64,000 nt of DNA from Desulfobacteraceae bacterium UBA2156 (GCA_002328165.1 DCWS01000052.1:26677-90676); one strand, 5' to 3'; positions 51,170 through 61,384 are shown, numbered from the stretch's first letter. Program-made: numbers and translations. The notes: a model not told the origin generated them from the letters alone.

Positions 51170-51754
51170 TTATTGTCTTGTTCTGCCTCTTATTTGGGTC
51201 AGTTCGCGAATATTGCGTTTGTGCCCATAACAAATCAATGCCACGCTGGCCAGTACGCCGGGCCACGCAATTGGATGAAAGTTGCAGGTTAACAATATCC
51301 CGGCGGTCAGAGTGAAAACCATCACAAAAGAACCGATGAAGGGAACGCGGAAGAGCGCATAGGTTGTCACCCAGGCCAAGGCAGAAACCACGGCGGCAAC
51401 CGGCGAGATGATCGATGTAAATCCGAGGTAGTTCGCCACACCCTTACCCCCTGCAAAGCGATGAAAACAAGGAAAGCGGTTTCCCAGTATGAGTCCCAGC
51501 CCAGCCCACGGGACCAGTTCCATCTGAAGCATGCTGACGGAAATTAGCGCAACTCCCATCGCCCTGCCGATATCCAGAAGCAAAACGACCGTGGCCCATA
51601 AAAAACCGACCTGGCGATACATATTAGTGACACCCGGGTTCCCGCTGAATTCGTTTCTCGGGTCATCTTTGTCAAGAATTTTGCAAAGGATAATCGAAAA
51701 ATTGATGGCGCCTGCAGTATAAGCTCCTATGAACAAAAGTATAATCATTTTCAT
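51170..51754 (-). CDS. plsY: glycerol-3-phosphate acyltransferase PlsY family
   Basis: DPR..FSGNPGVTNMYR, LLDIGRA, GGKGVA and HKRNI motifs; start codon uncertain. Confidence 0.8.
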   Translation of the reverse strand: MKMIILLFIGAYTAGAINFSIILCKILDKDDPRNEFSGNPGVTNMYRQVGFLWATVVLLLDIGRAMGVALISVSMLQMELVPWAGLGLILGNRFPCFHRFAGGKGVANYLGFTSIISPVAAVVSALAWVTTYALFRVPFIGSFVMVFTLTAGILLTCNFHPIAWPGVLASVALICYGHKRNIRELTQIRGRTRQ

Positions 51755-51779
51755 TTGAAATAAGGCCGGGTACATCTCC

Positions 51780-53339
51780 TCATGGCTTTTCGGCGTGATG
51801 GATTCGGCTTGAAGCAGATCTGCAAACAAGAGTAAAGAGATGCCGGTCAACCCTTTCGTGAATTGCCGAATAGATATCCATGCCATCGATTCCAATAGTG
51901 CTTTTACACTGTCCGACATCCATTACGTGCACCCGATTCCATGAATCAGCTATGGTAAAATCGAGGGCTTTTGCAGCCGCTTCTTTAATGGACCATATTC
52001 TGACGGCAGCGTCGATTTCTCCCAATGGTGAAGCCCGAACCAGGGTCTGTTCATTTTTACTCATGAATAAAGATCTGGATTTCATGACCCTCCCGGACGT
52101 TTTCTCAACGTCGACACCGACCCGTTGATCAGAAGCCACCGCTATGGCAAATCGATCATCATGGGACACCGAACAGGGTAGGGCTGAGTCGCTGTCGGTG
52201 AGCGGACAGCAGGGTCGCTCCAAATCAGGATCGACGGTAGTTATTTTGGAGGGTAGGGTCAGCATGTCATTTCCAGACAGGATTCTGGAAAGGCGCTTGC
52301 AGGCCAACCGGGCCCCCAAATAGCTCCGTTTTTGCTTCTCCCCCATTTGTTGAAAGTGCTTTCGTTCGTGAACGGAAAGGATTTTTTCTGAAAATGGCAT
52401 GAGGGTTTTCAACTCAATTACCGATGTGGCACGACAGTTGAGCTTGATGGATTTCAGCGGATTTTTTTCCTCGATTTTGCTAATCCAGGCGGGCGGTTTC
52501 ACCCGCCCGGCACTCACATCTCTCATTTGAACACCGCGAACCTCTTCATACAGATTTCCGTCTTTGTCATAGATCCGCATATCGAATAGGAATGGGGTCG
52601 AATTCGTTTGTAATGGAAGGATGTGCATAAAATACATTTCGCCGGATCGGGTCGAATTGAATACGGTACGTCTGCTAAATCCCACTGGAAATGCAACTGT
52701 CTGTCCGTATCGCTGTCCCCACACACATGCGGCATGAAAGGCAGCATCAAGGGGAAAAGGGGAGCCCAGTTGTGCGGGCTGGTCCGGCGGCGCTTTCCTT
52801 TTGGGCGAACCGGCCTTGGCAATCGCACCGTATTCAGAAATATATAGGGCGTCCTGGATATTGTGATAGGCTGGGCCAAAGGGGACCAACTCGCGGTAGA
52901 TTTTATCCGGAGGAATTTCAACACAAATTCCTTCCAGGGCTGAACTCAGGTCAAGCGGCAGGTCCGCAAAATCAATTTTTTTTCTAGGATAACAGACCGA
53001 TGCGTGTGATTTGGTTCGGGTGATGGAAGATTTTTTGGATCTGTTTTTTGTCAGCAACTTGGCAGTAATATCGCTATTTTCATGCCGCTCGATGTCGACG
53101 TATGCGGTTAGTTGGGTCATGCCGGGCTGAATATAAAGGAACTTATCGAAACGGGCTTCGGTCATGTCGGTTATATCGGTTTCCGGCCGAAAACGCTTGA
53201 CAGTTTCCCCAAGCAAATTCATGGCTTCCACTGCAGGCAACACGCCCTTACCCTCAACATGGTGATCAAGCAAATAGGGATGTATATCGATATGAACCGG
53301 TAAACGAATCGTATCGGTTATTTGGGGAAGATCTTCCAT
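51780..53339 (-). CDS. PKS-type double-hotdog dehydratase fused to an Sfp-like phosphopantetheinyl transferase
   Basis: DH motifs LLDHHVEGKGVLP and LDAAFH; PPTase motifs SVSH, VGVDVE and WSIKEAAAKA. Confidence 0.85.
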   Translation of the reverse strand: MEDLPQITDTIRLPVHIDIHPYLLDHHVEGKGVLPAVEAMNLLGETVKRFRPETDITDMTEARFDKFLYIQPGMTQLTAYVDIERHENSDITAKLLTKNRSKKSSITRTKSHASVCYPRKKIDFADLPLDLSSALEGICVEIPPDKIYRELVPFGPAYHNIQDALYISEYGAIAKAGSPKRKAPPDQPAQLGSPFPLDAAFHAACVWGQRYGQTVAFPVGFSRRTVFNSTRSGEMYFMHILPLQTNSTPFLFDMRIYDKDGNLYEEVRGVQMRDVSAGRVKPPAWISKIEEKNPLKSIKLNCRATSVIELKTLMPFSEKILSVHERKHFQQMGEKQKRSYLGARLACKRLSRILSGNDMLTLPSKITTVDPDLERPCCPLTDSDSALPCSVSHDDRFAIAVASDQRVGVDVEKTSGRVMKSRSLFMSKNEQTLVRASPLGEIDAAVRIWSIKEAAAKALDFTIADSWNRVHVMDVGQCKSTIGIDGMDIYSAIHERVDRHLFTLVCRSASSRIHHAEKP

Positions 53340-53797
53340 AGACGTACGGTTTTTTCATCTACTTCCACCGGAACGCCGGAAGTGTTGACAGCGCAATGCC
53401 GGGTGAAGCCCTTGCATACGATTTCGTCGGTCGAATCGTTGGTAATCACGTAATCAAAGCGGAGTCGGACCCGTTCGAGTACCGCAGGTCGGGTATGGAT
53501 GCAGATCGCATCATCATAGTAAAGAGGGGTGTAATACGTAACCCCGATTTCAATGATTGGATAAACATAACCACTTTCTTCGATTTCGCGATAGGAATAG
53601 GCCACGTCGCGCATCAGTGAAGCTCTTCCAAATTCGAAATACCTCAGATAATTGGCATGGTAAACCACCTGGGAGCGGTCTGTATCGGCATAAAGCGTGC
53701 GATGCTTACAGCGGTACCAGATCTGTCCACCGGTTTTATCTCTCACATAGCGCTCATCATCATCGAGTGTTTCAGGAACAAAATGTTGCGGTTTCAA
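53318..53797 (-). CDS. acyl-CoA/ACP thioesterase (YbgC/4HBT family)
   Basis: YADTD..QVVYHANYLRYFEFGR; TTG start after an AAGGAG RBS. Confidence 0.88.
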   Translation of the reverse strand: MKPQHFVPETLDDDERYVRDKTGGQIWYRCKHRTLYADTDRSQVVYHANYLRYFEFGRASLMRDVAYSYREIEESGYVYPIIEIGVTYYTPLYYDDAICIHTRPAVLERVRLRFDYVITNDSTDEIVCKGFTRHCAVNTSGVPVEVDEKTVRLWKIFPK

Positions 53798-53798
53798 A

Positions 53799-55064
53799 TT
53801 AAACTCCTTTAAACACAACACAACAATTGGTGCCGCCGAATCCGAATGCATTTGAAAGAAAAAACTCATAACACTGTCTGCGAACCGTATTTGGGACTAC
53901 GTCAATATCACTAAATTCGGGATCTGGAATATGATTAATTGTTGGCAAAAGCAGTCCCAAACGCATGGCCTCGATTCCCAATGCGGCTTCGATGGCAGCA
54001 GAGGCGCCCAGGGTGTGTCCTAGTTGTGATTTGTTCGAAGAGATCGGAATTTTCGGAAGCCGCTGGCCGAATACGGTCCTGAGACACTTGATCTCCGTGG
54101 CGTCGCCTTTTGGTGTCGACGTCCCATGGGCATTGACATATTGAATATCATCCGACACAAGCCCGGCGTCATCTATGGCTTCGTGAATGGCCCGGATAAT
54201 TGTATTATGGTTGGGAAGCGTAAAGTGGTAGGCGTCGGAGGTCCAGCCTATACCCATCACTTCGGCTTTTGGCGCCAGCCGATAATTTGACACCGCCTCA
54301 TCAGCGGCCAGGACCACAGCGCCCGCCCCCTCTGAAAGAACGATTCCTTTTCGGTCAATGCTAAAGGGCCGGGAGGCCTGGGACGGATCATTGTAGGCAC
54401 GATCCTGGGGGCTGACGCTGATAGTCGCCAGCATATTGGCAAAACCTTGAATAATTTCAGGGATTAGACAGGCATCTACACCGCCGGCGAGAACAAAATC
54501 ACAATCACCGTCCCTGATCATCCTGGCCCCGATGGCAATCGCGTGGTTACCGGAAGCACAGGCCCCTTGAGGCGAAAATATAGGCCCGGTAAAGCCCAAC
54601 AACATCCCGGCCTTCCCCGCTGGCAGATTGGCGCATAAATTGGGAAGGAGGTAAGGGCTGACTTTCAGCGGTCCCCGGTTCACATAATTGTCCATGGCAA
54701 CTCGGAAGGAATCGGTTCCGTTCAAAGCTGACCCGATCAGGCAAGCAGTTTTGGGGCCTGTATCACCATCAAGTTCTATGCCCGCATCCTCCAGCGCCTC
54801 TTTGCAGACTGCCATGGTTAAAAAAACATAATCCGCATTCCAATTGTAGACTTCTTTTCGATCCATAAAATTGAGGGTCATGGGATCCCAATCCGGAATT
54901 TCTCCGACCACATTGGCACGGGAATCGGTCTGACATCTGGTTAATCGCCGAAAACCAGCTTCTCCCTGTACCGCCTGTTTCCATGTCTTTGCAAAGGTCG
55001 CTCCCAGAGGAGTGGCCGCACCATATCCGATGACAAACACGCGTCTGTTTTTTGGCGCTTTCAT
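53799..55064 (-). CDS. beta-ketoacyl-ACP synthase II (FabF-like)
   Basis: GACASGN, NAHGTST, LGHTLGA and NAFGFGGTN. Confidence 0.92.
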   Translation of the reverse strand: MKAPKNRRVFVIGYGAATPLGATFAKTWKQAVQGEAGFRRLTRCQTDSRANVVGEIPDWDPMTLNFMDRKEVYNWNADYVFLTMAVCKEALEDAGIELDGDTGPKTACLIGSALNGTDSFRVAMDNYVNRGPLKVSPYLLPNLCANLPAGKAGMLLGFTGPIFSPQGACASGNHAIAIGARMIRDGDCDFVLAGGVDACLIPEIIQGFANMLATISVSPQDRAYNDPSQASRPFSIDRKGIVLSEGAGAVVLAADEAVSNYRLAPKAEVMGIGWTSDAYHFTLPNHNTIIRAIHEAIDDAGLVSDDIQYVNAHGTSTPKGDATEIKCLRTVFGQRLPKIPISSNKSQLGHTLGASAAIEAALGIEAMRLGLLLPTINHIPDPEFSDIDVVPNTVRRQCYEFFLSNAFGFGGTNCCVVFKGV

Positions 55065-55072
55065 TTGTTACT

Positions 55073-56323
55073 TTAACCTGTCCTGCGAAAAATGATACAT
55101 GAGTTGCAACCGCCAAAGCCGAAAGAGTTTTTCAATACATACTCCTGATCCAGCCGGCGTACACCTTCTCCCACACAGTCCAAAAGCAACTCCGGGTCCG
55201 GGGTATAATTAATGGTTGGAAGTACGACGCCGTTCAGCATCCCTTCAATGGCAAATATCGATTCAATCGCGCTGGAGGCGCCCATCGCATGTCCAATAAG
55301 GGATTTATTTGCAGAAACCGGAGGCATTGCCTCACCGAATACGGCTTTTAGGGCTTGATATTCCACTTTATCGCCGACTTTTGTGGATGCGGCATGGACA
55401 TTTACAACATCAATATCATGCGACGATATTCCTGAATTGTCAATGCATTCGGCAATGCATCGGGTGACGGTCTTCAAATAGGGGGCTACAAAATGGTGCG
55501 CATCTGAGGTCATACCCCATCCGGCGATTTCGATTTTGTTGTCCAGACCATGGGCCGCGGCGAATTCTTTTGTGGCAATAATGATACAACCTGCACCTTC
55601 AGAAACGACAAACCCTCTTCGGTCAATCGAAAATGGGCGACTGGCTTTACCTGCAGGCTCCCGAGCATGTTCGGATTTATGGCTGTAGGCACCCCCCATG
55701 GTAGCAAACCCGGCGACGATCGGTTCGACAAGGGCAAAATCGACCGCACCGCATAGCGCAATATCTGCCATGCCTTGCGCCAAAAGCATCGCGCCGATAA
55801 TCATCGAGGTAACACCGGTGGCACACGCGGTAATGGTTGAAGTAATCGGACCAGTGGCGTTGGTTAAAATCGATATTTTTCCTCCAACCATATTTATACA
55901 TGAATTTGGATTGGTGTACGGTGGGGGCAACTTGCTTTCAGAGATCAAACGCCTGTCTGCCTTCAGGACGGTATCTTGCCCTCCCACCGCCGAGCTGAAT
56001 GTAATCGCGACCCTTGATGATAATTCTGGCGTGATTTCTATTCCGCTTTTTACAAGGGCTCGGTGCACCACTAACATCGCGTACTTAAAAATTGGTGAGG
56101 GCCACAGCGCAAGGTTGCGCGGGCTTAAAAAGGGGTATAATTCGGTGTCTATATTATCTACCTCACCGGCGATATGGACCGGAAAATCATCGGTTAGTGC
56201 AAAGCGTGTCAATCCACCAATTCCGCTTTGACCCATAACTGCTTTAGCCCATTGGGTTTTCATGTCGGTTCCCAGTGGTGAAATCGCATCATATCCGACA
56301 ATTACTGGTTTTTCTGGTGGCAT
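55073..56323 (-). CDS. beta-ketoacyl-ACP synthase II (FabF-like)
   Basis: TACATG, NVHAAST, IGHAMGA and NSFGFGGCN. Confidence 0.92.
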   Translation of the reverse strand: MPPEKPVIVGYDAISPLGTDMKTQWAKAVMGQSGIGGLTRFALTDDFPVHIAGEVDNIDTELYPFLSPRNLALWPSPIFKYAMLVVHRALVKSGIEITPELSSRVAITFSSAVGGQDTVLKADRRLISESKLPPPYTNPNSCINMVGGKISILTNATGPITSTITACATGVTSMIIGAMLLAQGMADIALCGAVDFALVEPIVAGFATMGGAYSHKSEHAREPAGKASRPFSIDRRGFVVSEGAGCIIIATKEFAAAHGLDNKIEIAGWGMTSDAHHFVAPYLKTVTRCIAECIDNSGISSHDIDVVNVHAASTKVGDKVEYQALKAVFGEAMPPVSANKSLIGHAMGASSAIESIFAIEGMLNGVVLPTINYTPDPELLLDCVGEGVRRLDQEYVLKNSFGFGGCNSCIIFRRTG

Positions 56324-56827
56324 ATATAAACCGAATTTACCCAATCTTTAGTAAAATGGGTTGAATATACACTTCCGGTGTTGGCGTAATCTTTTATCGG
56401 CCGGAATCAAGGAGACTGGAAGATATTTGTTTGATAAGAAGTTCCTTTTTGAGATCGAAGCAAGGGAAAATTTAAGGTTAGGTACTATAACCGGTTGAAT
56501 CCCAATATGAAGCGGGGTTGGATATCAAACAGCAATCATACTGCGGCAACAGACGTCTTGGATTAAGATACCGGATACCGGTCGTATTGTCAAGGAGGCA
56601 TTTTTCTGGAAACAGACTGAAATGTTGGAATTTTTGGCGCAGGAAACCTGTCAATAGAAAAATAGAGATAGACGTGGCAATCGCATGTTCCTTATAACCT
56701 TGTAACTTAGCAAAAAAAATTATATGATTATCCATGATGGTCATTTCCAGACATGATTTAAGTATGCCAACATCCGATACCTTTGTCTGAGCCTCACAAA
56801 TAAATAAAACGATCAATATTAAAACGA

Positions 56828-58432
56828 ATGAACACTAAAGAAGTCAAACGGTACGGCCGGGGAGAAAACTATAAAAGAATATGTCTTATAGCCCCCAGAC
56901 ATCCTGAAAGCCTCTGGTCCATGCAGACTATGGTTGAGATTCTGGGTGCCAAAACTCTAATGCCGAATTCGGCTCTGGCCACATTGATGGCGCTGACACC
57001 GGATGATGTGAATATTGAATATGTTCTCTACGACGAGAATGTATCAAAAATCGATTTTGATCTTGAATGCGATCTGGTTGCCATTACTGGGGCTACTCTT
57101 CATTCCGAAAGGATACATGAACTCTGTAAAATGTTTCGAGAAAAAGGTCGGCCGGTGGCCTTGGGGGGCACTTATGCCTCAATCGAAGCCGATGAATGCA
57201 AGGGTCTGGTCGACTATCATTTTATCGGAGAAGCGGAACATATCTGGCCGATATTTCTACGCCAATGGGTGAACAAAAAGGCCGAGAAAGTTTATGAACA
57301 GGTTGAACATATTGATATAAAGAACAGCCCGGCACCGGACTGGTCGTTAATTAACTCCAACGATTACGTCAATATAAGCGTTCAGACCAGCCGGGGATGT
57401 CCCAATCGATGTGATTTCTGTGATGTTATCCAGCATGCCGGAAGGGTATACCGGACAAAAACTGTAGACCAGATTCTGGTAGAAGTCCAAAGTGCTCACA
57501 AAATCGGGGCACGAACAATTTTTTTTTCAGATGACAATTTTTTGGGTAATAAACAGTTCACCACAGAATTATTATCTAGGCTGATTCAATGGAATGTAGC
57601 CCAAACCCGTCCATTATCTTTCTCTACCCAGATATCCGTTCACGTCGCTGATGATGAAAGCCTTCTGAAAATATTTTCTGATTGCCGATTTTCGATGCTT
57701 TTCCTGGGGGTCGAAACCGTACGGGAAGCCAGCCTGAAAGAGGTGAATAAAACCCAGAATCTCAAGCATGATATTTATGAAAGAATCAAAAGGATTTCAC
57801 GTTTTGGCGTCGTACCTTTTCTTGGCCTGATCGTTGGTTTCGACAACGACGACAATAGTGTTTTTGACGATCTTTATAGTTTTATTAAGAGCACTAACAG
57901 TCCCATTGCCGGGATAAGCTTGTTAAATGCTCCAAAATATACGCCACTCTATGAAAGGCTGAAAAAGGAAGGAAGAATAGCAGGAGATAGTTTTTCCGGG
58001 GAATGGCAGTTGCATACAAATATTATACCGAAACAGATGAGCATAGACGAATTGACCAGACTCTACTGGGATTTTTTTAGAAGGATATATGAGCCTGAAT
58101 CCTTTGAAACCAGGCTGGAGCAGTGGCTCAAGAATATCGAATATTCTAATATCGCTTACAACAATAAAAAGGGCGATATCCGTCAGCTATGGTTTGGATA
58201 CCGAATTTTTAAACATTTTATCTTCAAAGAAAAACCGGAGATCCGGTCCCTGTTTTTTCGAACCATGAAAAAAACCTGGACGATAAACCCAAAACTGATG
58301 AGACGTTTTTTTACCCTGATTACCCAGTATAGCCATTTCTACAATTTTGTAAATCGACAGGGATCGAGGAGCATCGACAAAAGTCTGCCGAAGGGAACGA
58401 CCGGGTGTACCCCACCTGTTACCAGGGAATAA
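56828..58432 (+). CDS. cobalamin-binding radical SAM enzyme with a DUF4070-like C-terminus (HpnP-like architecture)
   Basis: LATLMALTP, DENV, GGTYAS, GEAE, QTSRGCPNRCDFCDV, FSDDNFLGN, IVGFDND and TPLYERLKKEGR. Confidence 0.88.
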   Translation: MNTKEVKRYGRGENYKRICLIAPRHPESLWSMQTMVEILGAKTLMPNSALATLMALTPDDVNIEYVLYDENVSKIDFDLECDLVAITGATLHSERIHELCKMFREKGRPVALGGTYASIEADECKGLVDYHFIGEAEHIWPIFLRQWVNKKAEKVYEQVEHIDIKNSPAPDWSLINSNDYVNISVQTSRGCPNRCDFCDVIQHAGRVYRTKTVDQILVEVQSAHKIGARTIFFSDDNFLGNKQFTTELLSRLIQWNVAQTRPLSFSTQISVHVADDESLLKIFSDCRFSMLFLGVETVREASLKEVNKTQNLKHDIYERIKRISRFGVVPFLGLIVGFDNDDNSVFDDLYSFIKSTNSPIAGISLLNAPKYTPLYERLKKEGRIAGDSFSGEWQLHTNIIPKQMSIDELTRLYWDFFRRIYEPESFETRLEQWLKNIEYSNIAYNNKKGDIRQLWFGYRIFKHFIFKEKPEIRSLFFRTMKKTWTINPKLMRRFFTLITQYSHFYNFVNRQGSRSIDKSLPKGTTGCTPPVTRE

Positions 58433-59417
58433 ATTGATAAAGTTTAGCGAACATCTCATAGATTTCAATCCAATTTTGAAGATCCTTGGTCGTTCGGATG
58501 TGGGCCCGTTTGTTCACCATAACCCAGCTCATGTGGGCGGCGCCATCTTTACAGGTGAAACAGTCTCTGGTTTCAGAGGTGCAGCATCGATGCATGGTTT
58601 TGAGGTCAGATGCCCACCGGATAAATTCTATCAATCTTTTAGGACGGGGGGACCGGTTATCCAACGGTTGGGTGACGGAAGGACATTCGTTCCATCCAAA
58701 TACTCTTCCTAACATTTTTCCGGTCGTAATTATTTCATGATAATATTTGGAAGATATGACGGTGTCGGGGAATTTGTCCAGCACATCGTCCATTTCGAAC
58801 CTCAGGTCATTCAGCACCTCCGGTTTCCAGTTAAAGCCGTCAATACCTTCATCGTTTGAGAGAAGTTGCAGATGGACTTTCAGATCGACGTCTCTTATCC
58901 TCCCTATGATTTGATCAATTTTTCCAATCTGCATGGGGGTGAGGGTATAGAGATAATAAACGTTCGGATCTCCTTCATAATTTCTACTGGAAATGCTAAA
59001 GGTATCTTTGCCCCTGAGCAGCTTTTCATCCGCTTCATTTCCCCATAGAGATATGCCGAGCATTAAATCCGGGAATCTGTCCCGTGAAATTTTTATCAGG
59101 CCGTTTGTGGCGCAAAACGTCGGCAGATGTTTATAAAACGCCTCGACCCTGTCCAAGCAAAGTGTCGGTTCCCCGCCGATCAGTATGGCGAGATTAACCC
59201 CGCGTTTTTTTTCCCGGTCAATAAAAGCTTCCCATTTTCTAATATCCATTTCTTCAGGGGCGGCCTTTTCTTCGTTTGAAGAAAAAAAGAAACACCCTTT
59301 ACAGCGCAAATTACACCGATTGGTCACATCATAGATAGAACTGCGGATATTGAGGTTTGAAATCTTTTTATAGCGTTCATACCATTTTTTATCCAGCAAT
59401 GAACTGACGGTCTTCAT
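58419..59417 (-). CDS. radical SAM enzyme with Cys-rich C-terminal extension
   Basis: CNLRCKGC and GGEP; C-terminal ECPS...RCCTSETRDCFTC. Confidence 0.88.
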   Translation of the reverse strand: MKTVSSLLDKKWYERYKKISNLNIRSSIYDVTNRCNLRCKGCFFFSSNEEKAAPEEMDIRKWEAFIDREKKRGVNLAILIGGEPTLCLDRVEAFYKHLPTFCATNGLIKISRDRFPDLMLGISLWGNEADEKLLRGKDTFSISSRNYEGDPNVYYLYTLTPMQIGKIDQIIGRIRDVDLKVHLQLLSNDEGIDGFNWKPEVLNDLRFEMDDVLDKFPDTVISSKYYHEIITTGKMLGRVFGWNECPSVTQPLDNRSPRPKRLIEFIRWASDLKTMHRCCTSETRDCFTCKDGAAHMSWVMVNKRAHIRTTKDLQNWIEIYEMFAKLYQFIPW

Positions 59418-59479
59418 CAAGTACTCCTTCAACACATGCTGTTTTCGATTTAAAAGGTGGTTTTTCGGTCGCTGAAAAA

Positions 59480-60577
59480 TTAAAAGACAGCATGCCCGGG
59501 CGGTGCAACCGGCTGATTGATAAGATTTTCACCTTGATCATATTTGACCACCCAGACGGCGAGATAGGTGTTGACATAATCCAGCCAGGATTTAAACGTG
59601 TCAGGGTCTAAAGCGTGTCGGAACATTCGAGCGGTAACAACCGCACTGCCGGCTGCATAATGTCTGCAATCGGTGCAGTCTGTGTCCGGCACACAGCAGG
59701 CAACGCTTCTATCCCATGTCAGATCGGTCCGATACTGTCTAAAAGATCGACCGAGTCCGATATCCGTAGATGGATTCATGCGCGGATATGAACAGGAATA
59801 CAGGTCGTGCAGCCCGTATTGATGCGTGTGAGCTACGGCATTATAGTGGGAAAAAAGTACAATATCGGGAAATTGTAACAACAGATCGATCATGGTTTTT
59901 CGGGTATGATCCAGAGTCGCGGCCGTGTGGCGCAAGGGGCCATCGTATCCAACCGGGGCGGAAAACACGTTGAAGGTGAGTTTACATCCATGCTTGGCCA
60001 AGGTTTCGGTAACCCCATAGACTTGATCAATATTATCCCGTGTAAACGTGTAAACAAAAACAGCTCTCGGGTCACTTTGATAGTTTTCGATTTGTCTGAA
60101 CAGCATGTTCTTTGCATTGCGGATTTTTAAGCTGGTCTCATCATTTCCCCAGACAGAGATATGTATTTTATAGTCGATCGATTCGGGGATGAACTTTAAC
60201 CCGTTGGTCGCAATGGCGCCGAGGGGCATTTCCTGAAAGCAGACTTCACAGAGCTCGGGAACCAATGAAGGTTCGGCTCCGGCAAGGACAACATAGGTAA
60301 TTCCCCTTGCTTGCTCTTTTTGCATGAGTTTGCGCCATGCATTCGCATCCCCATTCTCTTTGGCAAATTGTTTGTTCCCCTTATAGTAATAACAACCTTC
60401 ACACCTGATATTGCACCGGTTGGCCATGTCATAGGTTGATTCACGCAGAAAGAAAAATTTGCGAACCTTTTCCCATTTTTCTCGGATTTGCTGATCCAAT
60501 AAGATATCGGAAAATTTCCATTCTTTATTGAATAAACTCTTCCCAATGCCGGTATGGTTGTTTGTTAAAACATCCAT
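59480..60577 (-). CDS. radical SAM enzyme with Cys-rich C-terminal extension (paralog of its neighbour)
   Basis: CNIRCEGC and GAEP; C-terminal SCSY...ACCVPDTDCTDC. Confidence 0.88.
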   Translation of the reverse strand: MDVLTNNHTGIGKSLFNKEWKFSDILLDQQIREKWEKVRKFFFLRESTYDMANRCNIRCEGCYYYKGNKQFAKENGDANAWRKLMQKEQARGITYVVLAGAEPSLVPELCEVCFQEMPLGAIATNGLKFIPESIDYKIHISVWGNDETSLKIRNAKNMLFRQIENYQSDPRAVFVYTFTRDNIDQVYGVTETLAKHGCKLTFNVFSAPVGYDGPLRHTAATLDHTRKTMIDLLLQFPDIVLFSHYNAVAHTHQYGLHDLYSCSYPRMNPSTDIGLGRSFRQYRTDLTWDRSVACCVPDTDCTDCRHYAAGSAVVTARMFRHALDPDTFKSWLDYVNTYLAVWVVKYDQGENLINQPVAPPGHAVF

Positions 60578-60592
60578 TCACCTTCTCCAAAT

Positions 60593-60880
60593 TTAACAGG
60601 CTGCAGCTTCGGATTTTTCATTTAGTTTTTTCTCAATATATTCTGAGATTAAACGAATATTTGTCAGCTTGGGATAATCGTCCTCATCGATTCTGATCCC
60701 ATATTGATCCCGAAGCACCAGTGCCACAGTTGCCAGATCCATACTATCGATTCCCACTTCATCAACCAGGTCGATTTCCGGGTCAAATGTCTCAGGCGTT
60801 ACATCTTCAAGTTTGAGTTCGTTAATCATTATCTCCGCAACATGAAGGATTATTTTTTCAATATCAGTTCCGGTGGGCAT
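60593..60880 (-). CDS. acyl carrier protein
   Basis: Small acidic protein with the GIDSMD phosphopantetheine-attachment motif. Confidence 0.92.
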   Translation of the reverse strand: MPTGTDIEKIILHVAEIMINELKLEDVTPETFDPEIDLVDEVGIDSMDLATVALVLRDQYGIRIDEDDYPKLTNIRLISEYIEKKLNEKSEAAAC

Positions 60881-60941
60881 TCTCACTTTTCTCCCTTATT
60901 CTTAGATTAATATCCCAAGTTTTACCCCCTGCCCAAAACAA

Positions 60942-61328
60942 CTAAGTTGAAGATCCCGCTGAACCTTTCCTTTTATTATGCGTGCCACTTTCAACCGTCA
61001 TCACGCCGCTGCAGACCAGTTTTTCCCCAACCATTATGCGAAAAGAATACGATTTTGCATAATTTTCCCGGGGTACGATAATAATTTCCAAATGATCATC
61101 GGGCCTGATAATTTGTTTAAATCTTACCCGGTTAATGCTGGAAATTTTTATGTTGCGATTGCATAGCTGATGGATGGCATCAAAAACCATTCCCAGTTGG
61201 GCAATTCCCGGAAGTATCGGATCTCCTGGAAAATGTCCGGAAAACCAGGTTGAGTCCCGCGGTACCTGAATATCAGCAGAGATCTCTTTTGAATTGGCTT
61301 GATTTATTTTTTTTCGGATATACCACAT
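60942..61328 (-). CDS. 3-hydroxyacyl-ACP dehydratase (FabA/FabZ/ApeI-like hotdog)
   Basis: WFSGHFPGDPILPGIAQL and VRFKQIIRP. Confidence 0.88.
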   Translation of the reverse strand: MWYIRKKINQANSKEISADIQVPRDSTWFSGHFPGDPILPGIAQLGMVFDAIHQLCNRNIKISSINRVRFKQIIRPDDHLEIIIVPRENYAKSYSFRIMVGEKLVCSGVMTVESGTHNKRKGSAGSST

Positions 61329-61384
61329 CGTAAAGTCCTATTCAAATAAAATCAATCTGATGTTCTGCTGAAAAACAGGATCTA

